A stretch of 64,000 nucleotides of DNA from Geosiphon pyriformis uo1 (lineage: Eukaryota > Fungi > Glomeromycota): the NCBI GenBank assembly GCA_016748015.1, contig JAAOMT010000128.1:2115538-2179537 (forward strand). Reading direction: 5' to 3'. Positions 15,730 through 27,200 of the stretch are shown here, one piece after another (positions within the stretch are counted from its first letter, which is position 1; every line of letters starts with the position of its first letter). The position numbers and the translations under genes were made by a program. The notes under the pieces were generated by a model. That model made no database searches, was not told the origin of the DNA, and was given only the letters and a program-made list of their open reading frames with translations.

Positions 15730-15888
15730 NNNNNNNNNNNNNNNNNNNNNNNNNNNNNNNNNNNNNNNNNNNNNNNNNNNNNNNNNNNNNNNNNNNNNNN
15801 NNNNNNNNNNNNNNNNNNNNNNNNNNNNNNNNNNNNNNNNNNNNNNNNNNNNNNNNNNNNNNNNNNNNNNNNNNNNNNNNNNNNNNNN
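15730..15888. other. assembly gap (N run)
   Basis: 159 N. Confidence 1.
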
Positions 15889-17894
15889 AAAAAAAAAAAA
15901 AAAAAAAAAAAAAGGTTTAAAAATTCAAGATATAAAACAATTCAAAGTAATAATAAATTCAATTAAAAAAAGAAATTGATTTAATAAAAAGTTTCATTCT
16001 CTGTTTGGAAAACAGGTAAAAAAAAAACATTAGGAAATCTTTATAAACTTATTTAAAAATTGAAAATGTAAAAAGAATTTTTAATTTTTTGGAATTAATA
16101 CTGTTTTTTCGATTTCTCTACAAATATTAAAATAACATTTTATTCTTAACATATATCCGAAATCACATGTTGAAAGTATTTCATAGAAAATCCCCTGAAT
16201 TATAAAGATTTATTTTAAATTTTCATTAAAGCTGAAGTGAGACACCTAGTTTAAATATTTATCTTTATTACATCTAAAATTAATCTATCGCCAAAATCCC
16301 TCGGTATGACTAATCCTAACTGCAAATTTCGGTTTTCCTTTTGAACTAATATTACAAAAAATAAAATTTGTGTCACCCAATTTACTGCCATCGCGTTTCT
16401 AATACTCTTCTTTTTTGTACAAGTGGCTGAAAGATATTTTCCGAGCTTCCGTCCAAATTGTCACTTGACCTTACTCTAATGTGTGCAATCTTGCGTTAAG
16501 CCTTTTTCGGATTTAGGCTATCCCATTTTTGCCAAGGAGTTTCATCGTATAATCAAACATATCGGTTACGTTTTGAGATACATTTTCAGATTTTCATTAG
16601 ATGATGGTAAATTAAAATTATTTTCTACTTATTCTAATAATCTGGATCAAAAAATCAGTTAAAGGGGATTGCTTTGTTTTCGTATCTGAGCCTACAAAAG
16701 AAGAAGAAGAAGAAAACGTGAAATTACTTGCAGAACAACACCTTGAAAGAAAAGAAAAACTGATTCCGATTACATCATTGGGAAAAGAAACTCCCTTGAG
16801 ACCCAATTAAGTTTTAATTCCTTTCATGGCAAACATAAAAAATAAAAAAAGTAAAGCTGTCAAATTTTCCTTAATGAAAAAAAGGTGAAAATTTTTTTTA
16901 ATTGCCCAAGAAAAGAGAACAGAAAAAAAATTAAAGTTCAAATGAAAGAAGTCACAATGCAAAATGGCAAAGTTCAATTGTATGATGGTGTCATTTATTG
17001 AAAGACATTTTCTTACTTTTACGAAATTTATTATTGAAAATTCAAAAGAACCACATTGTTACGTAAAAATAGTCATTTAATATATTTTGTGACGGACGAG
17101 GGTTATTTTTTTAATTGTTGTTCTCTGTTTCAGCTTAACAATATGGCCTTTAATGCATTTCCACAAGTTTAAAGCTTTTTTTGAAGTTTTTTTTTTCTAC
17201 ATATATTTTAACTCGGAGAAATTTTTGATTTAATAAATTAATTTGAGTATTTACATGTTTTAATCTATTATCAACTACTTGTAAGAGTTTTTCATAAAGA
17301 GTTCTCAGTCTACAATGATAAAAATATATTAGCATTCACTCTAAATGAAAAAATATTTCGACTTTATTATGTATTCAAAGAACTCTTTAACATAAACAAA
17401 GATTTAAGTCTCCTTGCTTAACAAACAAAAAAACCCCCCTATTCAAAAAGAATTGCTTAACAATGAACAATGTAAACAAGGGTTTTGTTTCTCGTAAAAG
17501 GTTAGAAATTTTAATTATGACGTTTATTTTTTAATTGAATGGATAGATGGTACAATTTTTAATTGAAATCGATAAATTTTATCAATTTTAACAATGTGAA
17601 AAATTTGAAAGAAAAAACCTTATTCCAAATACATCTTATACAATCATTTCAAAAATTAGAGATTGTTTCCTACTAAGATCAACTTTCATGAAAAATAATT
17701 TCTAAAGATTTAAAGTTACAATAAAAAAAGACAACATATATAACAATTTTTTATAATTTAATAATAATAATAATAATTACTTTGATTAATATCGGTGCAG
17801 AAAGTAAAACTTTGAACCTTTTTCCAACAATCAAAAATTATAAAAATTTTCCAACATTGTTCCCTAGTCTTTTTGATAGCTCGAAAAAATATCA

Positions 17895-17950
<56 letters not shown>

Positions 17951-18199
17951 TATTCTATTATTCCTTTCTCTTTGAAGAAAACGTTCAAAGTAATCATTTC
18001 ATCACATCCTAAACCTGACAATTCTTTATTAATGAAGTAATATGAAATCATATGGTTGAAAAATATCTCAAAAATAAGGTTCCCCATAGATTCAAACATT
18101 TTAAAACTAGTATTAACTGAAAAATCTACAAATTTAATAACTCTAATACATTTGACTCGATAAGGTTTTCAATAAAATATTACAAAAATTCTTTGTAAA

Positions 18200-19600
18200 T
18201 TAAATTTAACATATTATTTTTTTTATGTTTAATTATGAATTCTTTAACAAATTTTTTAATTTTGTTTTTAATTAAATTAATTTCAATATATATATTAATT
18301 TTATCTTTTGTATTGATCAAAAAATAATAATACAATCTCCATGATATAATTTTACTAAATATAATTTTTTCTTTACTAAATTTTTTTGGATAACATGTAA
18401 TTATACTAAAAAAATTAAAATATTACTTTTTTAAATATTAAAACTATTATTTTCTTATAAAATACATTTTTTTTAAAAAAAAGATAATCTCTTTATTATA
18501 AAAATTTTTTTTATAATACTATTTTATATTTTAGTACTTTTTTTTTGCAAAGATTTTAATAAATTCTTTAAAATAAATATAAATTTATAAATTTTATTTT
18601 AAACTAATTAAATTTTATTTAATAATTTTATTTTTAAATATTTTAAGTTAATATATATTTTAAGTAACGTAAATCATTTGCAATAATTAATGAAATATTG
18701 TGTTAATAATAAATTTTAAAAGTTCCAATTAAAATATAAAATTTATTTTATTAAAAATTAAAAATACATATTATTAATTTATAATTTAAATATTTAATAT
18801 TAAATTAAATTAAGTATGTAATAATAAAGAAAAATTTTTATTTTATAAAGTTTTTATAAGTTCAAAATTGATCAAAGCTTAATAAATTAATAATTGAACT
18901 TATTAAGTAATAAAAAATAATTAAAATAATTAAAAACTGGTTAAAACAATAATAATTATACAATAATTATACAAATCAAATTTAAAAAGCTGTTTTTTGT
19001 AATATTCATTTTTTTTTACCTATAAATTAGTTTGTATTTATATTTACTTTACATAATAAATTATTATTAATTTTAATATTATTAATATTTTAACAATAAT
19101 AAAAATTATGAAATTATAAATTTAAGTAAAATATATTACTAATTTTAAAAACTATATAACCAAAAAAATATTAATTAATTTAGTTTAAAAATGTTTTTTA
19201 AAACATTATTTTATTTGTATATAAAATTAATTTTAATTTTAAATTAAATTTTAAACTGGTATTATTTTTTTAATATATTAATTATTACATTAAAAAAGAT
19301 GATAAATAACAAAACAAATAAATTAAAAAAAAGTAAGATTTGCAGTATTTACATAACAAAATAAAAGTTTACAAAAAATTTTTGTAAAAAAATTAAATAT
19401 ACACATTCAATTATTTTGCAACAATGAAAATTGATTATTTAAACTAAATTAAAATTCTTCAATAACAATTTTAAATATAATAAGAAAAAATAAATTGACA
19501 AGCTCAATTTTAATAACAGTATTTAAAAATATTTGAAATGTAAACTTTACACAAAACAGCATATTGTCTTTAATAACTAATTTGAAACCAGCAAAACCAA
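18200..19600. mobile_element. extremely AT-rich degenerate sequence, probably a hypermutated transposon relic (family not decodable)
   Basis: Same near-absence of C/G as the decodable LINE at 24-31 kb; sharp boundary with the TERT relic; no motif recovered. Confidence 0.4.
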
Positions 19601-19636
19601 GCAATAACTAAAACACAGTTAACAATTAATGATAGG

Positions 19637-22363
19637 TCAGCAACTGACCACATCCAGCTGCAACTGCGAATAGAAGTCCTTTAAAGTATTAACGAAATTT
19701 CGACGCTTTAAAGGCTTAGCTATGTGCACACGCCTTTTGGCGAGTGGACATAGCCACTTGGCATGATTTTTGTGGACCCAGGTTATCGACGACTCTTCAC
19801 ATGTGATCACATTATAGATGCCTTTAATAGAATTTATAATGATCCCCATTACCAAGTCGTCAGAAAATTTGAGCCCACGAGAACTCAACTCCTCCACATA
19901 TTCGTCAAATTTCATTGCCCCTAGCAAGAAATTTTGATAGAAATTGTCTCGGGCTGTTCAACCTCGTATTTAGGAAATTTTCTGAGCAATTATTTTTCAT
20001 GAATCTAAAAAAATCAATACTTTTGGTCAATTAAAGAGAAATATTTTGAAAGTCAAAGGGAAAAACTTACTGCTTTAGTTTTTTTTTTGGAACTCTACTA
20101 GGAAAAATATTCGACATGATCGTCATTTGATCTCGAAGTGGAGTCGAAAGAGTTCGAGAGTAATCACACTTGACCTCCAAATCTTTGGTATGAATTAGGA
20201 GGCCGCACCACGGAAATTCGGTTGGCGATAATTTGACCTCTTCATGATCAAAGTTTACCAATGTTTTTTCAGTGTTTATGAAGCATCCATACTCAGGATG
20301 ATCTACATCAATTCAAATCAAATCTCAAATGTTGGCATTCTGCCTCAAGTTATGATGGAGATATAAAATGACAAACCTTCATTCATGACCCTCAAGAAAC
20401 GTATCGCATGGGCTTTATCCGTGGTGATATAAAGGAAATCATCCAACCATCGAAGCAGAACCTATATCGAAGGGAAAGTAAATCTCGTAATTATTTAGGA
20501 GAAAAATGAATAAAGGATTAAAAATATTAACCCCATCTTTATCAAGAAAATCTAATCTTGTTTTTTCGAGGTCCTCAAAGAAAAAACTGTTTAATGTAAA
20601 ATGGAGGTCTTAAATTAACAACGGCGGAATGGAAATAAGAAAAGCAATCTATCAACAAGCACAAACCTGCATAATAAAGATGATATTATCGAGTCTTGGA
20701 TCTTTTTAACTTTATTGTAAACTTCAATCTGGTTTACAGGATCTTTATATAATTGAAACTGTTTTGGAAAAATCACCGAGAGAATATCTTGAGCATTACA
20801 TTCGTATCGCTTAGCTTGGGCTAACACATCTGAATTATTATCATATTAGCGTTGCGTTAATTGATTCACATGTAACGCTGAAACGGTAAAACTAACCAAA
20901 CAGTCTTTTTATCACCAGCAGGAATACAAATGGGCCCACGATAAAAAATATACCCCTTTTGAGCATTTCCGCAGTATCAGTTCTTTTACTGTAGAGATAG
21001 AGGAATGTTGAATTTTATCCAAATCAATAAACAACAGTATTTCGTGAAAATTACCTCGAAAGAGTTTCCAATCGAAAAAGTTTATTGAAAGGCTCTCGAG
21101 GCATCAGGTTCATTCTGAAGTTGAAGATAAACCAATAATGGTTTTGTTGGATAATTTCTTTGACTTAATGTTATCGTTGTCGCTTGAGGTAAATGAATTA
21201 GCATTACTCTCCTTTCCTGATTCTCGTTATCTACTATAATTGGTGAAGTTGTTGTTATAGCGGAAGTTTTGGAACACCTTCAGTGGATTAATTGTTTTTT
21301 CACTTCAGAAAGAAATAGCTATTATTATGATCGATCATTTAAATTCAAAAAAATACTGATTACAGCTTTTCGATTAAAATTAAAATTACCTTAGGGATGT
21401 TTCTAATCAGAATTTTTTTTTCTAGCAGGTTCTTGAGAGGATGAACCATCTTGACTCACTTCCCATGACTTCTTTTGAGAACTTTTTATAACTAGATTGT
21501 CACAGGGGAGACCTGTATTAAATGTGATAATCAATGCAAGATTTACCAGTAGCTTGATAATAGCAATCATTATGCAAGTGAATGAAGGTGGATTTTCATC
21601 TTAGCAGATGTGCCATTTCATATCCTCCAATCCTAATATCAACAATAATTTAGTAGTTCTGTCATTAATATGGTTCCAAAAGATACTCATGAAATAAGGA
21701 AGACCCAAGATTTAATATGTTGACTAACCGATTGAAAAGAATCTGCCAACAGGATGAGTTACGTATTTCGCCCAGAATACTATTAGGGTAATTATTGATA
21801 TATCGGAAATTTTACTTCCCTAATAGTTTATATAGAGAAGAACAAAATAATATATATGATTGTTTTATATGTAAGTACTTTCAAATGACAAATTTTTTTT
21901 TAAGAAGACCATACTTTCCAATAACCTTGCATGAGAACATTAGTTTTATCATAATCGCTGAATGTTTCGGGCTTATGTTTTTCAACGAGCCATTTGATCA
22001 CAGTGATCAAGACCTATTTAAAATACAGTTGATGAAAATATATAGGGTTAAAACGCAAAAGAATAAAGTTAAATCTTATACCTTTTGCAACGTCATCACA
22101 TATTTCGGTTCAATTGATTGGATTAATGAATCAAAAACCCATAATCTGTATCAGGCTGAACAAATGTATTATTAATAAAAGTTTTATATTCTTCCGGATC
22201 GTCATACTGTAAAAATGCTTTCGGCCTATAGCTTCTTTTATTGAAGAGATAATCTTTCATCGACATAATTTTGGGATAGATAAGTTTCAATACTATATTG
22301 TGAGTTATCGGTGATGAGGGTATTTTTTGAGGTCGGACAAACTTTCTTAATTGACGAAGACAT
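19637..22363 (-). pseudogene. TERT: telomerase reverse transcriptase pseudogene, intron-containing, with large internal deletion
   Basis: Spliced hand translation gives TEN/GQ motifs (VIKWLVEK...NVLMQGY 21941-21921; YPNSILGEIRNSSCWQILFNR-IGGYEMAHLLR*KSTFIHLHNDCYYQATGLP), TRBD start (IFYRGP...LPFQHVL...IFPKQFQL), motif B' (QDSIISSLLCSFFFEDLE), motif C (LLRWLDDFLYIT), D (HPEYGCFINTEKTLVNF), E (FPWCGLLI) and CTE (FYQNFLLGAMKF, HAKWL). Lesions: TGA 21598-21596, frameshifts near 22240, 21797, 21415, 20953 and 19950, and loss of the CP/QFP/T/1/2/A motifs. Confidence 0.93.
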
Positions 22364-22423
22364 CAATTCGATGCTATTTATAGAATAGGACAAAGGAGGA
22401 AAGGCTATGGGGAACCGAATCTT

Positions 22424-23130
22424 CTAACATCGGAAAGTTAATGATCCCAATTTGATGTCAACAAATTGATAAAAAGGGTTCATGAGCTCAGGGAGATATT
22501 GTGATCCCGGAATATCCCCGTGAGTATGTGTAAAGTCGATTATTCGAAAGATAGGATCCCAACGTTGGGGATTAATAGGCATGTATGATAAGGAAAATCG
22601 CTTCAAAGTGATAAAGCTCCCTTCTTTCAATCCATTATAGGGAGAATTACTGGAAGATGAGCAGAAAATACAATGGTAAAAATGTTGAGTTTATTAAAAA
22701 TGTGAAAGTTGAACCCGTAAAGGTTTTTTTTTCAACTTTAAGTGAGTTTAATTGTTTCTAAAATTTTGAACTTCGAAAAATAAACTATATTTACCTGTCT
22801 AAAAACACCTGTGGGAATACACAGGGAAGGTAATAGCGCGAATCGTGAAGAAACGCGTTAATGGTAACTACCTTTAACCTTGAGTTCGATAACTCTTCTC
22901 TGGTGGTTACCTTTTATTTTTGGAAACCCAGTTTAATTTAATTTTCAGTTGCAAAGGACTTCAAAACAAAAGCTAGCCAAATGCATTACTTTGGAAATTT
23001 GAGCTTGGAATTCAGAGTTGAATTCTGAAATATTCCCGCGAGTTTCAAGTAAATTCTTAATCCACAATTTGTTAAGCAGTGAATAAGAAGCGGCCCAGGC
23101 AGGCCAATTGTCTTTCTTACGAGGAAACAT
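22424..23130 (-). CDS. EST3: Est3/TPP1-family OB-fold telomerase-associated protein, 160 aa; exons 23130-22990, 22910-22795, 22649-22424
   Basis: GT-AG introns join three exons into an uninterrupted 483-nt ORF. Colinear motifs resemble yeast Est3 as I recall it: LWIKNLLE (PWIKALIE), AQISKV (AKITKF), AFLHDSRYYLPCVFPQ (ASIRDSSHQILVEFSQ), GSFITLKRFSLSY, DPIFRI, GSQYLP. Adjacent to TERT. Needs HMM confirmation. Confidence 0.72.
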
Positions 23131-24249
23131 TTTTCAAAGGTAATTTTTTTTAGACGTGTAGAAGGCCACTTTGTAAAACCCACGCAAATTTTCGATCACT
23201 CAGTTAGGGACTTAGTTCTATTGAGCCGAAAATAAAATCTATTATTTACGACACCAGAGGAAAGAACATTCATCCAAAGAACTTTTAATAACTAATACTA
23301 GTTTTCTAGGCACTACCAAAACCAATAGTGTTTCCAGAAGACAGAAAGGATAAAGCACTTCAGTTTTTATCCAATCTTTGAGATCAGATAATCTGATGAA
23401 TTAATTGGTGTACTGATCTATAAAAAGAAAACTGTTATTTATTGTCAATAAAAACACCAGAAATTAGATAAAATTAATGTTTTATTTTTTACAAAAGAAA
23501 AAATTATTATTTTTAAAAATTTAGCAAAAACAAATTAAAAATAATTAAAATTTATTTATTTATTAATTAATTATATATTGACATAATAATTTAATAACTA
23601 ATTACACAATAATTAACTTAATTAAAAAATTTACAACAGATAATTATAATAAAATATTAATTTACAATAATTTAAAATATTATAAAATAGTTAAAAATAC
23701 AAAAATAGTTAAAAATAATTAAAAATATGTATATATATATAAATAGTTTTAATTAAAAAATTAAGTTAACAATAATTAAAATAATATATAATAATAATTT
23801 TTATTTTTTAAAATAAATATTTACAATGTAATTTTTTACATACTTTTAATTATTTTAATAAATTAATTAAAATTAAAATAACAATTTTATTTACATAAAA
23901 AACTATTATTAAATTTAATTATTAATTAAATTTAAAACAAATTATTACTTTAAAATTAATTATTATAAAATATTAATTAAATTTTTATATGTTTAATATT
24001 ATGTGTTTTTTTATAAATTAATATTAATATTAATTTAATATTTATAGCTAAATTTATATATTAAAACTTTATTTATTAATATAAATATATATATAAAACT
24101 TTTTTTTCTTATATTCCAAAATTTTAAAAAAATACAACAATTTTGAAAAAAGTTTTTTCTGTTTTTAATTATTTATTCCTATTCAATTGAATATTACAAA
24201 AATTTTTTTGTTTAAATATAAAACTACTAATTATAATAGTAGTTTAAGT

Positions 24250-27200
24250 ATAAAGAAATTCAAAAAAAATTTGGTATTAATTTTGTAACTTTAGATTTAT
24301 TTGCTAAAAAAAATGTAAAAAAGATGTTTTAAAAAAATCTATAATCAAAATTAGTATAAACAAGTTTTAAGATACATTTGGGTTTGTTAAAATATTTGGA
24401 TTAAATACTAAAAGCACTATTAATACAGAAAATATAGACATAAATAAAAAGTTTTTTATAGAAAAAACCAGTTTTTAACTTAAAAATAATAATAAATTAG
24501 AATACAAAAATATAGATATAACTTTAAAAAAACCAAAAAAAACTATTATGAAACATGTTTTTAGAAGATAAATTAACTTTAATATTAATAGTAATAATAA
24601 AAATAATATTTTAAATAAAATTTTTTTTTTCTCTTTTTTTTTTAAAACTTTTGGTAAATATTTTGGTCTATAAGTTTTTTGCTTTGAATATAAACTCTTT
24701 AACAATATTTGAAAAGTCATTTTAGGAAAAATTAAAAACTATTAAGAATTTTTTTTCTGATATAAATAGTAATAAGTTTAATAAATAATAAGAATATTAT
24801 AATAAACACTAATCTTAAATACTCGATAAATAATTAAACAAATTGGACAGTAATAATCAAAAAATTTTTTGTAAAAACATTATTAAAAACTGTATAAACT
24901 GTATTTGTTAATTTTAATACTATTAAGTTAATCAAAATATAATTAATAAAGTTATAGCAAAAAATAATCATAAAATTAAATAATTAAAATTAAGCTGATC
25001 TATTAACTTTTAAATAATTTATTTTTATTGGAAAAGATATAATCTGTATAATAAAAATTAATATTAATAAATAATTATAAAATATTAAAGATAAATTTAA
25101 GACTTTATTTTATATATTGTTTATAAAAATAAATACTTATGATTTTTAGAATTTTATTAGTTCAATTAATAAAAAAAACTTGTATAATTAATTATAATTT
25201 TATTAATTATATTTATCTTAAGTATATTATTATATGTTTTAATTTAAAAAAGAGTTTAATTAAAACAATAACTGTAATTTTTATTATAAAAATGTTATTA
25301 TTATTAAAGATTTTTCTATTTTTTTCTTAATATTATTAATGCTGTTTTGTTGTTAATTTTGCTGTTTAATAGAAGTTAGTAAAATTTTAATAGAAGTTAG
25401 TAAAATTTTAATAAGCTAATTTTTTTTTAAAGTATTTTTTTATACTTTAAATTATATATATTGTTAAATTTATAATGAAATAATCAATTCTATGTCAATT
25501 ATTTATATAAATACTTTGCAATAAAAGTTGATTTTTTTACTAGAAAATTTTGTTTGTAAGCTTTTCAAAAATATATGTAGTTATTTTGCTATAAAAGTTA
25601 ACTTTTTTACAAGAAATTTCGATTATAGACTACTTAATAATATAAAAAAAATAAAAAAAATAAAAAAAAATTAACTAAAAAAGATATAAAAAGTATGTTA
25701 AGAAAATTATTTTAAATTTAAGCTTAAAAGTTACTAATAATAATAAAAATTAATAATTAATTAATTTCAACTGTTAGTATAAAATGATTAATTTTAAACA
25801 AAAATAATTAATAATTTTTATGTTTTTTAAAGTGAATTTTATCAAAAAGAAAAGTTTTTTTTATATAATTTATTATAATATTATTTTATAATTTAATATT
25901 TTTTTTTAATTTTTATCAAACTACAAGTTATTTTTACAAACTATAAATTATTTTAGTAAATTGTTAAACATTTTATTAAATTACTAAATATTTTAGCAAA
26001 TTTGTTTTATTGTTATATAGTTTAGTATATTGTATAATCTAATTATTACAATTGATTATATTTGTATTTTGTACAAATTAAATTATTAATTAAATAATAA
26101 TTAATTAATTAAAATAAATAATATATATGCTAATTAATTATAAAAATTATAAAAATAATTTTATGGTAAATAATATCTTAAATTTTAGTTAATAATATTG
26201 TGCTTTATTAGTTCAGTCTATTTTTAATTGTCTGTTAAGATTGTAATAAACATGATTATAACTCTTTTAGTTGTAATTTAATTAATTTAAAAAAAAAGAA
26301 TTCTTTTTTTAATTATAGACCAATATAAATTTGCTTAAATTTATGCTAAAAAGTTTGCTTTTGTCATTTAGCCAATAGCTTTTAAAAACAAATTTTGAAC
26401 ATTTATTATTGATAAATCTTTTTTTTAAGTATTTTTTAGTATTTTTTTTAGTTTGATTTTTTGAATAAAGTTAAGTTTTTTTCAATGGCTGTAAATAAAA
26501 TAAAATTAAATACAGTTTTGTTAGCCTTAAAAAACAATTAATAAATTGGTTAAAAAATTAAATACACATATATCAACAGTTTTTTAGTTTAATTTTATAT
26601 GTTAATTGTTAATAATCTTTTTATTACAAAATTAAATGAATAATATAGTAATAAAAAAAAGTTTAAATATATATATTAATAATAAAACTGTAATAAAACT
26701 AAATTTTTTAGCATTATTAAATATAACAAAGTTAGAAGTTCAGTTAAATAATTTGTTTAGTTTAGTTATAAATTTGCTAATAAGATTTAATAATTTGGCT
26801 TTAGTTTTAAATATATTTCTTTTTTTATTATTCTAATAATGAATTTTATTTGAAAAATTATTACATATAATATTAAGAATATAAATATTTTTGTTAAGCA
26901 AGATAATAATATTAAGTAATATAAAAAATTAAAAAATAAAATTTTAATTATTACTAAAACTAAGCTTTGTTTTAATATCAAACAATAGATTGCAAATAAA
27001 TTTGTAAATATAAAAGTGTTTACTTTTGGTTTGAATTTAAGATACATGAATATTAATATTTTGATAATTATAAATAAATATTTAGCTAAGTATGTTCAAA
27101 AATTTTAAAAATTTTGATAAGTTTATAATAATTTATTTATTGTTTAAAAACAAACATTTAATTTTTAAATTAAAATTATATATATATATATTTTTAAAAA

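Noticed and set aside
16380-16810. Slightly GC-rich segment with an open acidic frame (EPTKEEEEENVK)
   Set aside because: No start or splice model and no recognisable motif
23195-23220. CCCTAAC upstream of EST3-like (and at the window end) as a possible telomerase RNA template
   Set aside because: Only about one repeat unit, with no 1.5-repeat template or pseudoknot recognisable; the 63994-64000 copy lies inside the Fanzor2 reading frame
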